Positions 22,025 through 32,959 of a stretch of 64,000 bases of DNA are shown here, one piece after another (within the stretch, counting starts at the first letter, position 1; each line of letters opens with the position of its first letter). Both the position numbers and the translations under genes were made by a program. The DNA comes from Albugo candida (lineage: Eukaryota), in assembly GCA_040437565.1 (NCBI GenBank), contig JBDOQK010000044.1, positions 62,001 through 126,000 of the forward strand, given 5' to 3'. Below the pieces are notes generated by a model. That model had not been told where the DNA came from. It made no database searches and saw only the letters and a program-made list of their open reading frames with translations.

Positions 22025-24193
22025 ATGGAACATACGCCTCGAAGCAATTTTGTGGTCTTCCACGACCTCGAAGAAGCTCCACGACGTTCCCAATCATCGC
22101 GTCAATTGCCCAATGGAAGCCTATCCCACCGCCCAAGCGATTCCAATGGAATGCGAGCCAGTATGGAGCCTCTTACGTCCGCAGATGCAAAATCAGTGAT
22201 TCTCAGAGCTAATGCGCCGCCCACTTATAGCGGAAGCTTTGAAGATATTATGAAGCAGATACGAGCGAAAAACTACACCAATCAGCAATTCCAGCGCATC
22301 CAGGAGCAGACAGCAATGAATCGGAACACGTTATTCTTCTCCAACATCTCACCATCCTTCTATGAAGCTTCCTACCTCCAAGTCGCACAGGAGACCTCTC
22401 TCAATCGCGTTCGCATTTGCTTTGGCGTTGGACTGCTCGCGCTTCTTCTCTATTACTCGTACGAGTACTCGAGCGGCGAATGGAGCCCATATTCCGTCAA
22501 AGGGATCGCTGTCGGTCGAACAGCAACCGATCAAACACTTTTAATCATTGGCACTTTTGGTGTCATTCTTCCGTCATTTCTTGTCGGAATTCTTCTCACT
22601 TTCATTCCGTTTGGACGTCGACAATTGGAAAGTATCACTGCAGTCGTATTCTTCGTCGTTGGTGTTTTTATGATTGTGAAAAAACCGATAGAAAAATCAA
22701 AAGGTCCCGTGATTCCTCTTCTGATTCTTCTCATTCCGGTCTTTGGAATCACTCGAATGCGATTCGTACGAAGCTGCTGTGTCGGATGGAGCTTTATCAT
22801 CCTCTACCTGACCATCATGTGCATCGCTCGGAACCTCGTCCCGGCGAAAAACACCTTTGACACGTACACTGACATTCTGTATCAGACGATCAATTACGGG
22901 ATCTCTGTGATCGGCGGAATGGTCTCTCAATATCGTCAGGAACTTCTTCGAAGACGTAATTTCTGCCTCCAGCTTCCATTCTCCGGGACGATGGATTCCG
23001 ATGTCATTGAAGCGATCAAAACGGAGAAATTCTCGCGTCATAGTTTGATGAAAACATGGAATTTGGAATTCCGCGATGAAATGGTCGAAGAATGTTTCTA
23101 TCGACATTGGTACCTTATCGATCCGTTCCCTTACGAGAACCCCAATGCCGGAAGTCTCCATCAGCGCGTTTTCACAACCATTCGATTCGCTGTGCTCACA
23201 TTATCGCTCACACAAGCAGTGTTACTTCTTCAGGACGTGAAATTTCTCAAAATTATGCGCGATCAAGCAATCGATCCTTCCGACTTTACCTATGCGCTTC
23301 TCCTTCGATTTGGGATCACTGTGCCTTTGTATTTGTGCTCGGCGTTGTTTATGTACGTTTTAGGCAAAAGCTTTTACCATAAATGGGTCACGGAAGCCGA
23401 AGAAGCCAAAAATGCAGCATTACGGAATGTGTACAACAACGCAATCGATGTGCCTGACGACTCGATCGCTGAGAAAACGTACGGCTCCATTCGAATGAAA
23501 CTCGTTGTCAACACTGCTCAGATACGAAATGCCACGCAGAATCGCATCCTCGACCTTTTGATCAACAAAGGCGGCTACGTGCGCTCCTCCCAAATCTTTT
23601 CCTCACTTGTGATCGCGTGTCATGTCGCGTGTATGGGAAGCATTCTTTTGATCGTTTCCAGCACCAATCAGATACTTCCAGCGGGTGTTTCCAGCGGCAA
23701 GCCCAAGCCTGTGTACTTTATGGGGTTTCTGAATGCTGTTCTATTTGCCCATCGATCGGGATTCCGCGTCCGATTCATTTACGCCACGTACACGACGCTG
23801 CTTGTGGGTGTAGGAATTGTGATTGCAGCGATTATCGCAAAGTCCGTTTGGATCGAATACGCGGGCTTTATGATTGTGATTCTCGTCCTGGGAATGATGA
23901 TCTCGTACGAGGAAGAGCATTTACGTCGAAGTTTTTTCATTCTCAAATCCATTCGCATTTTGGAATTTGAAGAATGGTTTGCGGTCGTCTTAAGGATCCA
24001 AGGCTGGGTCAAAGAGAGTATTCGGAAGCGGCTTTTGAATGTGCGACGAAAAGCTCAATCGGAACGCACGTGTAATGAGAGTACGCCTCCGATTGTCAAT
24101 ACGTCAATGCAAATGACACAGGCCGCAAAGTTTGGAGTGTATGCACAATTGGTGAATCTCGCGATTGGAATTGTCGATTTATTGACTTCGTAG
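22025..24193 (+). CDS. Polytopic (~12 TM) membrane protein with two adenylyl-cyclase-like 6-TM cassettes and no catalytic domain
   Basis: Intronless ORF; first ATG at 22025 (MEHTPRS). Two hydrophobic blocks, each preceded by an F....E..Y/F motif and ending in E...RR.F. Confidence 0.7.
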   Translation: MEHTPRSNFVVFHDLEEAPRRSQSSRQLPNGSLSHRPSDSNGMRASMEPLTSADAKSVILRANAPPTYSGSFEDIMKQIRAKNYTNQQFQRIQEQTAMNRNTLFFSNISPSFYEASYLQVAQETSLNRVRICFGVGLLALLLYYSYEYSSGEWSPYSVKGIAVGRTATDQTLLIIGTFGVILPSFLVGILLTFIPFGRRQLESITAVVFFVVGVFMIVKKPIEKSKGPVIPLLILLIPVFGITRMRFVRSCCVGWSFIILYLTIMCIARNLVPAKNTFDTYTDILYQTINYGISVIGGMVSQYRQELLRRRNFCLQLPFSGTMDSDVIEAIKTEKFSRHSLMKTWNLEFRDEMVEECFYRHWYLIDPFPYENPNAGSLHQRVFTTIRFAVLTLSLTQAVLLLQDVKFLKIMRDQAIDPSDFTYALLLRFGITVPLYLCSALFMYVLGKSFYHKWVTEAEEAKNAALRNVYNNAIDVPDDSIAEKTYGSIRMKLVVNTAQIRNATQNRILDLLINKGGYVRSSQIFSSLVIACHVACMGSILLIVSSTNQILPAGVSSGKPKPVYFMGFLNAVLFAHRSGFRVRFIYATYTTLLVGVGIVIAAIIAKSVWIEYAGFMIVILVLGMMISYEEEHLRRSFFILKSIRILEFEEWFAVVLRIQGWVKESIRKRLLNVRRKAQSERTCNESTPPIVNTSMQMTQAAKFGVYAQLVNLAIGIVDLLTS

Positions 24194-24329
24194 GCGCATT
24201 GAGAACGATACCCTTCCGCTGACGTGTCAATGTATCGATTTTCCATTCAATTGGACGACTTATCGATCGATTGATACAATTGGACGAGTCGATGGCATTC
24301 TTTTTCATACGTTTTGTTTTCATTCGGAA

Positions 24330-25004
24330 ATGGGGTCGTTTTTGACGATACAAAATGATACGTTGCGGGATTATCGGTGTAAAGTGTCAGCCGATGAAGT
24401 AGGACTGGGAATCGCATCGGTGATCACAGCCATTGTCGCAGGCACAGCAGCGTTTTTTGGGGTCGTCGGCTTTGCATCTTTCATTTCGACCAAAATCGTA
24501 GGCGGAGCGGCTGTGAGTTTGTTCGGAGTCAGTGCTTCCGCGCTTGCGGCTACGAGTCAGACAGCTTCTCTTCTCGCGACAATCATTGGCGGTGTTGGTG
24601 CGACGTCGACATTCACATTGATTACAGTCAAAGCGTTCACAGACAAAGCTTCGGTCAGTAATCACATTTTGATTCGATCGAATGAAATGCATCGATATCG
24701 GAAAATGACGCTCTCACTATGGCGACAGGCGACTTGTGTGCGTTCAGAGATCGTCAATACCACCACTGTTCAAATTGTCACAGTTGTCATGCGTCCATTG
24801 TTCACGGGACCAACGATCAATTCGGATCGAAAATACCGCATCAGAAAATGGATCGAGAAGCGAAGTTACAAAGTACAATATATCGTTGCCAAACCAGTCA
24901 ATTCCACTCTCCCTGACCCCGCTCCCGCCCCATCGACCGCGATTCCGGTGGGGCCATTGGCGTCGGGGATCGCGGGTACAAAGTCTGACGCCGAGTTTGG
25001 ATGA
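24330..25004 (+). CDS. Uncharacterised 'MG-NDT / hydrophobic hairpin / WRQATCVR' family, copy 1
   Basis: MGSFLTIQNDT..YRCK, a Gly/Ala-rich hydrophobic middle and MTLSLWRQATCVR..NTTT..MRPLFTG..IRKWIEK. Clearly paralogous to five nearby ORFs. Confidence 0.85.
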   Translation: MGSFLTIQNDTLRDYRCKVSADEVGLGIASVITAIVAGTAAFFGVVGFASFISTKIVGGAAVSLFGVSASALAATSQTASLLATIIGGVGATSTFTLITVKAFTDKASVSNHILIRSNEMHRYRKMTLSLWRQATCVRSEIVNTTTVQIVTVVMRPLFTGPTINSDRKYRIRKWIEKRSYKVQYIVAKPVNSTLPDPAPAPSTAIPVGPLASGIAGTKSDAEFG

Positions 25005-25067
25005 GAGAAAGGAAGGAACGCTGAATGGAGTCGAATACAAGTAAAAATAGAGGTTGTGACAACACTT

Positions 25068-27105
25068 TCAATTGCTTTTTTTCTCTTCAATGGTGCCTTC
25101 GTCTTCATCGAAATGACGATTCTGGTCGACTGGGTAGATGTATCGCTGGTAGACGTACACAAAGAAGACCAAATCGTCGCGGAAACAGCTCAATCGATGC
25201 ATTGTGGGCATTTCAATGATGAATGCGAAGAGATCGTCGATAAACGTGTTGAGAGCTCGATACATTAGGTACCGCCAGGACAAATGTGCGACGCTTTTCA
25301 GCTTGTAATTGATCACTAATTGCGGAGTCATCATGATGAACCCAAAGGCGTAGACGGCGCCAGTGAGCGATCCAATCGACCACGAGTACCAATTTCGATG
25401 TCTTTTGTACAAGAGCGAGTACATAGCGTACCCGACAATCAATGGGATCAATGCAAACATCATGTGGCTCGTAGCCATCGCATCGGCTTGTGAGGTTTTC
25501 AGTAACTCATCGTCCCTCGAATTTTTTTGAGTAAAAGTTGAGGACGTCGAAACTTTGATCACTTTCCACAGATCGATGCAAACGGTGATCGCGGATGGAG
25601 CCAGTACCAATATCGTTGACCGCTCATCGACTAGGTAGAGAACGATCTAAAGAAAAATACGATTCAATAGAGAATTTGAATTTGAGGGAATACGTACAAT
25701 TATTTGTGAGATGAGGGAAATGAGTAACGAGCGGAGAGATACTCCGACCAAATCGCGTTTTTGTCGCCAGAAATTGATGTCATTTTTGAAAGCGAGCCAG
25801 TCGAAAAGGATGTGGAAGAGCGAGACAGTCATTGTGATAGCCAACAAGTATGGATTCGTATCGGCGACCATACTCCGAAGCATTTCAGCGTCTTTCGAGG
25901 TGCCGTGAGACTCATCTCCCAAGAGCTTTTGTTGAGATTGGATTCCGTTCTCCAATGTGAGTAATATGTGCCATCGTGCAAAGGACATTGGCTCCAAGGA
26001 GATTTTCAGGGGAAGGGACCGTATCGATCGATTCAGAGGGATCAAATTGTCTGATTTGACAGTGCTTTCGTCCACATACATTGCTGGTTTGTACGAAAAG
26101 CCCGGCTTCACATTTACGATATGTAAGTGCTTGTACACAGTCGCTGGAATTTCGCGATATGGATACTTTTTGTGGTCAATGACGAGGCGTATGGCCATAT
26201 GCTACAGAGTGTGTCAAGATGGTGTATGGAGAATGAAGAGAAAATTCGTACCGGCTTCCAGTACGAAATAATGTCAGCGTTAAGAGCTGGATCTTCTCCT
26301 TCCAAAAGCTCTTCCTCATGATCCTCAGCATCATTTGAGTGGATTTCTGATTCTGAGGAAAAACCCCATTTTTTGAAGTGAGGGTCCATGAGGTACGACT
26401 CATTTTTAGCGAGTTCATGAGGAGCGTATCGTATCATCGGATTGGATTGATGAATTGATTTGAGAGGATCGTACGACATGTCTTGCGGATTCGAAGAGAA
26501 GCCTTCCTGCGTCACGTGAACATGGAGATAAATGGTTCCGTTGTGTCGAAGTTTGTACCAGATTTCATCATGATCGTGTGACTGCGAATGCATTTTTTCC
26601 ATTTGTTTGCGTAGAAACATTTTCGAGATGGAAAATTCGGCGTTTTGCTGATTTTGTTTCCAATCAAAAGTTAAATTTGTAAAGGTTTTGAGGAAAACAA
26701 CACTCGCGCTTGAAAAATCCTCGTGAGTCCATTCCTCGCGGAGGGATAGATAAGACTCCGCGTGGAAATGCTGTCCTTCCTGAGAGATCGAGTAAGCTTA
26801 GGAAATTGAATTGCAGGATGCACGCACCGTCCACAATGGGTTGACTGTCGGCCCGTCCACATCCGCGAACTGTGGATCGATGATATAGTAGACCTAGGTA
26901 ATTTACAATTCCTCAGCATGTTCGTTTCGCCCTCAGACACCTTTTGAATGGTTGACACGAACCTGACGCACGACAAAGCCAAAGTAGATCAACTGCAGAT
27001 GGGATGTTAGTAGAGGCTTCAAGTGATGGAAGGAGAGTGTTGACGTACGAATACGACGGTGGAAATCGACGCAAATGTGCACCATCCCCTAAGGACTCGC
27101 AACAT
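25068..27105 (-). CDS. CLPTM1: CLPTM1/CLPTM1L-like membrane protein, multi-exon
   Basis: Motifs NGTIYLHVHV, ISYWKP, DTNPYLLAIT..VSLFHILFDWLAFKNDINFW, GFIMMTPQLVINYKLKSVAHL, YRALNTFIDDLFAFII.MPTMHRLSCFRDD and YQRYIYPVD. Joins ORFs 26114..26620, 25647..26198 and 25068..25610. Probable ATG at 27105 (MLRVLRGW), 5' exons approximate. Confidence 0.92.
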
Positions 27106-27342
27106 GACGGAAGTATAAAGAGGGCCGCTTTTAGCGTGAGGGAAAAACGCGCCGTAATAAAAAATTTGTATAAAGTTTTAGAAACCACTTTAGTCTTGTA
27201 CGAGTGCACGATACTTTATGTTCAAGCTGTTTGACAAGTACAGTACAGGGAATGAAGGTAGAGCGGCAAGGTGGAGATTGCGCGTAAATTATAATAAAGT
27301 AAAATTCGAGTATACTTTGATCGCACCGTTATTTACACGTCA

Positions 27343-27608
27343 TCAAAGAATCAAACAACCACCTCCTGACTGTGCACTTTGTTGCCAAGGATTGGCTCCG
27401 TCATTCTCTCCCAAAAACGGATCCGCAACCGATTGACAGTAATCATATATTCTAACACATTCACAAAGACAATTTAGAATTCAATTTATAAGCGGATGCC
27501 TTACTTTTTAGCCGCTTCGGACGTCGTGCAAGCCGCCTCAATCGTCTTTAAATCGATTTGATAGCTTTCGATTTCTTCCGCAAGCTTCTTAGCCTGGATA
27601 TCGCTCAT
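27343..27608 (-). CDS. GPG1: Heterotrimeric G-protein gamma subunit, 70 aa, 2 exons (absent from the ORF track)
   Basis: Exon 1 27608-27505, GTAAG..TTAG intron 27504-27452, exon 2 27451-27343. Translation: MSDIQAKKLAEEIESYQIDLKTIEAACTTSEAAKKIYDYCQSVADPFLGENDGANPWQQSAQSGGGCLIL*. It has the GGL-type S.A...I..YC, DPFL and NPW motifs and a C-terminal CaaX box (CLIL). Confidence 0.9.
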
Positions 27609-28013
27609 TCTCTTACGAGTGCTTTTAGACTGAGTGACGGGACGCCTTAACTAGACAGCTAGCTATCAATGTTCACGTATGCTCGGCAATCATTGGTTGT
27701 TAGTTCCTTCAAAGCGACGAGATAAATGTCAAGCATGCTGCAATTCAAATAGTTGCAATGTGCAATACAAGGCAAAATATATAAATAGAATGCATCACGG
27801 CAAAGGCTACTACTACTCGGTACATTCGGGTCACAAAATGATAGCGTTTGATCAAGAGTAGTGCTTGTACCCTGTCCCTGTATAGTACACTTGTCTTAAA
27901 TGAATGTCATCAATCAGTTATCCACCTGATTGTGCAAAACGCGAAGCAATTCGTGAAGAATGGCCGAGTGATCGTGTACTATCCACCCGCTCACATTGTC
28001 CGCATGTCCATGA

Positions 28014-28799
28014 TCAATTTTGCGTATTATTGGATTGCGTGTTGACTTGCAAACTCAATGGTGCAATAGGTTCAGACGCAGTAAGATTAGACGGCGTATA
28101 CTTGTTTCCCGCTGTCTCCACTGGCTGAATTACCGTACCATTCCCAGGCACAAAAGAGTCCGTAACGGCTGGTTGATTTGACTTTAATGGTGCAATCTGA
28201 GTCTGATTCATGGTAGCATCGCTTAAAAACGGTATAGTGATGTCATCGCTGCGGATTGTACGCCGAGCAAGCCACCATGCAATGTGATGATCTCTGTTTT
28301 TATTTTTAAAGCCACCACTAAAGATAGGTTGCATCACTAAGGATTCTATTCTTTCGGTTGTTTGGTTGATCATATAAGATCGGACACAGGCGGATGCTTG
28401 CCATGAATATGGATACAAATGATCCCACATGTGGCGGCCCATTGGTCGAACCAGCTCGAATTTTTCTTTCTCGAGTTCATTTGCAATCATAGTAAACGTG
28501 GATAACCCAAACCAAGCAAGTGACGTTCCAATCGAGATTCCTCCACTGGTTTTAAAAACAGAATTAGCGACGTTTCCCATCTCTGTATGTAGACATCCGA
28601 AGATTTTGTATTTGTTGACGACATCGCCCTGTAATCTGAAAAGCTTTGGACCAAAAGCAGCAAAAATTGCGGTCATCTCAGCGAGGGTCGATACAACGAG
28701 TAACAAGGTACTGGCGATTTTCAGTGCGGCTTCGTCATACGAGGTTTTGCATCTCCATTCAAATGGTGTGTCGTTCACTATGGTAAGAGTCGTTCCCAT
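28014..28799 (-). CDS. Uncharacterised MG-NDT family, copy 2
   Basis: MGTTLTIVNDTPFEWRCK...HMWDHLYPYSWQASACVR..NQTT..MQPIFSG..IAWWL. Confidence 0.85.
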   Translation of the reverse strand: MGTTLTIVNDTPFEWRCKTSYDEAALKIASTLLLVVSTLAEMTAIFAAFGPKLFRLQGDVVNKYKIFGCLHTEMGNVANSVFKTSGGISIGTSLAWFGLSTFTMIANELEKEKFELVRPMGRHMWDHLYPYSWQASACVRSYMINQTTERIESLVMQPIFSGGFKNKNRDHHIAWWLARRTIRSDDITIPFLSDATMNQTQIAPLKSNQPAVTDSFVPGNGTVIQPVETAGNKYTPSNLTASEPIAPLSLQVNTQSNNTQN

Positions 28800-29462
28800 T
28801 GCGTCAATGTAAATATGATTTTACAAATAAATGGTAGTGAAGACCTTGTGGCTCTGCACGCTGTTAGAGATCATTTTAGTGTACCACTTTACAGTTTCAA
28901 CGTTGCTCGTTTGTGTATGGAAGCGGGAAAGAGGCTACTTTCAAAGTAGTACGTTATGAAGAGTGCTAGTTTAAAGTGAAATCAAGTTGTGATTTTCGTT
29001 AGATCGTTGTTCGATTCAAGGGATTCCAGATTGTGATTGGAGAATTTATTTTATCAGATTATGACAATGCGGGCTGGTAGCAGTTACGTTATGATACGAC
29101 GGTTATGATCACTAACCGGAGAACCAAGTCCGCGGGAAGTGAGTGCTCTTGGATCAATTTAGGAGCGGTTCTCTAGACAAGCCACGTTCGAACAAGGCCA
29201 GAACTGAACAGCGCTTTTATAAACAAGCGACGTTATGTCATGCTTATAGTTGTAATTATCTATCTCGTCAAGAGCCAATCATCCCGCCAATCGAGCGCGA
29301 TTATTAAGCAAATAAAGTATAATGGAACGATCGTTAGACGCATAACTATACTATACATAATATTGTGTAAGAATACGACATGAGAGTCTTTCAAGCGCTA
29401 ATTTTAAAATAGCATGATTCATTAACGATTACTTTATTACTTGCAAATAAATAAGATCTTTA

Positions 29463-30158
29463 CTACCTACCCAGTTTATCATCGCTAACCGTTAAACTTG
29501 TCCGATTATTCTTTTTCAGTTCTGATAGTACAGCTTCGATCTGTGCAGCGGTAATTGTGACATTTCCATGAACCGTCCTGTTGTCTTCTTGTGGATGATC
29601 TGCTACCACAATCACTACATCCTGTGTCTTTGTTCCTTTCTTTTCCGTCCAGTATCCAATACTTTCATTCTTACTCCAACGACCCGGTCTTCTACTAAAA
29701 ATTGGCCGCATATGGACAGTCTCTGTGCGAACTACCGTTCCATTCAGCTCAAATGTGCGTACACACGTTGCCTGCCGCCAAAGAAGAGGAGACATTTTAC
29801 CCCACGCATGATGGCTGCCAGGCGTTAAGGTTACATAACCTTGACTAGCGTACTCCTCCTCGAGGGTACGAACCACCAACATTCCCAAACTCGATCCAGT
29901 TCCAAGCACGCTTAGTGTATTTCCACCAATCTCAGTCAGCTTTCCTAATACCAAGAGTTTTGGCTGGTTCATCCCGGCAACTACGATTTTCTCGCTAAGA
30001 ATGAATGGCCACGTTTTCGCAAAAACAGAAATGATCGCTCCCACCAAGCTCACAGCAGCAGCAATAATAACTCCGATTTTGATCGAGACATCGTCTGAAG
30101 ACACTTTACACTTCCATGGATCCGGCGTATCATTCACTATACTGATGTATGCTCCCAT
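29463..30158 (-). CDS. Uncharacterised MG-NDT family, copy 3
   Basis: MGAYISIVNDTPDPWKCK...HAWGKMSPLLWRQATCVR..NGTVVRTET.HMRPIFS..IGYWTEK. Confidence 0.85.
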   Translation of the reverse strand: MGAYISIVNDTPDPWKCKVSSDDVSIKIGVIIAAAVSLVGAIISVFAKTWPFILSEKIVVAGMNQPKLLVLGKLTEIGGNTLSVLGTGSSLGMLVVRTLEEEYASQGYVTLTPGSHHAWGKMSPLLWRQATCVRTFELNGTVVRTETVHMRPIFSRRPGRWSKNESIGYWTEKKGTKTQDVVIVVADHPQEDNRTVHGNVTITAAQIEAVLSELKKNNRTSLTVSDDKLGR

Positions 30159-30809
30159 CCGTTTTGCACCTCAAGAAGCGCGCAATGCTTTAGCGTACAG
30201 CGCCCTTGAAATGAAACTCTTTCTGGACGCAACGACAAGGTTACATCAGCTCTCCTGAGAGGGGAGTTCCAAAACCAGTGCAAGTTATATTGTGATGATG
30301 GGAAGATTAAGAAAAATCATTGGTGCAGCGGGGAATGTACCATCAAACCTAGAAAGCCAATTTCGTCCCGGCTGAGGATGTTCACCTGTATACAAGATTC
30401 ATTACCGGTCATACCGAATCTGTAGTATTCGACTTTTTGACAAAAGGCGATCGGTGCAACTATATCAGTTATTTGTAGACTTGTTATGACGCACCGACAT
30501 CCAGTAAAACGAATTCCAAGTGTGTTTTGTGACTGCTTCGAAGAGGGACCAACACTCTCTTTGTCATGCAAGACTTTTAATCATGCACGAGTTCGCCTGA
30601 TTCGTTTAAAGCGATTACATTTTATGCGGGAGAGAAAGTACATAAATAATATGTTCGAGAAGATACTTTGAGTTGTCACATGGAATCTCGATCAATTCAG
30701 TTCACCGTTAGGTGCTGTAAAGATATCACGCGATAACATGTGTTATTGTATACTGTATTAGCAGTTACGGTGTTTAGCCTTGCTATAATCAAAACGATCG
30801 TGTATCTTC

Positions 30810-31466
30810 TCATCTGCGCTGCGAGGCGGATTCATTAAAGTATACACGCGCAGTACCGAGACCATTGGCAGCCAATAGTACACCTTGGTCATCGGTCTTG
30901 TTTAAAGGAACAGTTGCGTTCACAGCTATAATATCCTCTGACTTGACTTTTCCTTTTCTGATCCACTTCATTATACTATAGGAATGCCCACTAAATAGAG
31001 GTTGCATCACAATAGTCTCTGCACGCACATCCGTCGCATTTATTTCGTTGATCCGAGTACAGGTGCTTTGACGCCAGATCAGCGGGGTTACGTGCGTCCA
31101 TGTGTGCATCTCATTTGCTGAGATGTTGACATATTGATGCTTGAGAAGCTCATCTTCGAACGCTCTGATAACCATATCGGAGAAACCTCCAATAGTGCTC
31201 ATCCCCGAGAGTATGAAACCAGAAGCTTCTACATTGAAGACTGTTCGTAGAAACTTGGCAGCTGGCATACCCCAGACAAGTGCTGTTTGATCCGCCGTGA
31301 CGCCCATCCAATACGGCAAATAACACCCCACTACACCAGCGACACCACTGATAACAGCCACGCCTGCAGCAATCCCATATCCAAGATTGATAGCGTAATC
31401 GTCTCCTGATAACTTGCACTTCCAAGTATTGGGTGTGTTATTAACGACTGTCAGATAATTACCCAT
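30810..31466 (-). CDS. Uncharacterised MG-NDT family, copy 4
   Basis: MGNYLTVVNNTPNTWKCK...HTWTHVTPLIWRQSTCTR..NATDVRAET..MQPLFSG..IMKWIRK. Confidence 0.85.
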   Translation of the reverse strand: MGNYLTVVNNTPNTWKCKLSGDDYAINLGYGIAAGVAVISGVAGVVGCYLPYWMGVTADQTALVWGMPAAKFLRTVFNVEASGFILSGMSTIGGFSDMVIRAFEDELLKHQYVNISANEMHTWTHVTPLIWRQSTCTRINEINATDVRAETIVMQPLFSGHSYSIMKWIRKGKVKSEDIIAVNATVPLNKTDDQGVLLAANGLGTARVYFNESASQRR

Positions 31467-31782
31467 CGTGAAGTATTCTGGCCAAAACTGCTGCAGACAA
31501 AGGACAGGTACACGTCGATAAGAAAATTAAAGTATGAAGGTCGGCAGTTTCTGCCGGAATGATTTTGTACCACATTGGGAAGCGGTCCAATAGGTTCCGG
31601 TCTCATTGGTCCCACATTTCACTTGATACCAGTAATCGGAACATATGTGCTGATCGCTCGGTGTATCGCAGTTATAAAACCTAATAACAAAATGATGTCG
31701 GTTAGTATTATTATTCTATACATTTAGTTCACTACAGGCGGGGAAGGGCGCTTTTATTAAGTTTATATCAAAACTCCTTCTA

Positions 31783-32496
31783 TCAAATATGGAACGAATT
31801 GTTTGCGCCTACTGGATTTTCTTGAGACGCAGGTAGAGTTGCAGAATATTCGAAGGGGCTTGCAGAGTGAAGTGATCCCAGACTAGAGGTTGGTACAGTT
31901 TCCCTCACAAATGAATGATTTTGTGACGCTTTTACAAGCTCAACGAGCGCAACGACATCATCAGTTTTTACGCCTCGCTTCTTGATCCATGATTCGATAT
32001 TGTAATCTTTGTTTCGATGTATCAATCCACCAGTAAAAATAGGTCGCATCAACAAAGTTTCAGTCCGGACCGTAGTCGTATTGTAATAATAATTACGAAC
32101 GCACGTCGCTTGTTGCCACATGTGAGGAGTCCATTTGGACCATTGGTGGGATTGATTGGACGGAATCACTATAAACCCACGTTTTGCTAATTCAAGCTGT
32201 ATAGACATATGAACATACAGTCCGAGAGATGCGGCTCCGAGAAGTGGACCACTAATCATTCCAGTCATCTCAATGATTCGAGCATTGGTCACAAACCTGA
32301 TAAGTTCGGGTGCGGTAGTCGCTTTACTGATTTGGTATATCCCGGGAGTGTACGAAGCAGCCGTACCCATCAATCCCAGAACTGCAGCCAATCCCGCGAC
32401 AACTAAGTAACCGATGCGTAATGCCAAGACGTCGTTTGTGAGGTTACATTGCCATTCATTAGCCGTGTTGTTGGTAATGGTCAGAAATGATCCCAT
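31783..32496 (-). CDS. Uncharacterised MG-NDT family, copy 5 (true start inferred at 32496, not 32709)
   Basis: The internal Met72 of the track ORF gives MGSFLTITNNTANEWQCN...HQWSKWTPHMWQQATCVR..NTTTVRTET.LMRPIFTG..IESWIKK, which aligns with the N-termini of the paralogues. Confidence 0.85.
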   Translation of the reverse strand: MGSFLTITNNTANEWQCNLTNDVLALRIGYLVVAGLAAVLGLMGTAASYTPGIYQISKATTAPELIRFVTNARIIEMTGMISGPLLGAASLGLYVHMSIQLELAKRGFIVIPSNQSHQWSKWTPHMWQQATCVRNYYYNTTTVRTETLLMRPIFTGGLIHRNKDYNIESWIKKRGVKTDDVVALVELVKASQNHSFVRETVPTSSLGSLHSASPFEYSATLPASQENPVGANNSFHI

Positions 32497-32942
32497 GTAG
32501 TTGGGCAGAGTCAGAAACTTATAGGCTGAGAGAGGCAAGTTATAGAATATAAACGCATGACACGTTTGCTTGCCTCCCAATTGAGAAGTCCACTCTCCAT
32601 AAAAGGGCGCAAGCAAACGCGACCTTATATTCAAGTGAGAAATGGGAATAAATCCATTAAGTATCACATTTTTTGATAAAGTACGATGAATCGTTGATCG
32701 ACGTCCCACCTTACTGGTTGGTAATACAGCGCGTCACAATTTCCTCCTCCAATCCAAACGCTCCATTCGAATCGAACGCGCCGGTAAATTTCCGCGAGTC
32801 CCACACGTACAAATACAATCCACGCAACATGCGGAATCGGCAAAATGCTGCAACTCTTTCAGAAGAGACGGTTTCCCCATTCCCATTCTCATACTCTTAC
32901 TCTCAATCCCAGTTGACTCATTTTCCATCCCCTGCCCTCATT

Positions 32943-32957
32943 TCATTCCAAAATTCC
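32943..32957 (+). promoter_or_regulatory. Candidate oomycete Inr+FPR core promoter element
   Basis: TCATTCCAAAATTCC resembles the oomycete initiator/flanking consensus (YCATTYY..AWTTY). It lies just upstream of the ATG at 32960 in a pyrimidine-rich tract with further TCATT copies. Confidence 0.3.
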
Positions 32958-32959
32958 AA

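Noticed and set aside
32497-32709. 71-aa N-terminal extension on family copy 5 in the ORF track
   Set aside because: It starts at a non-ATG codon, and all paralogues begin at the MG corresponding to 32496.
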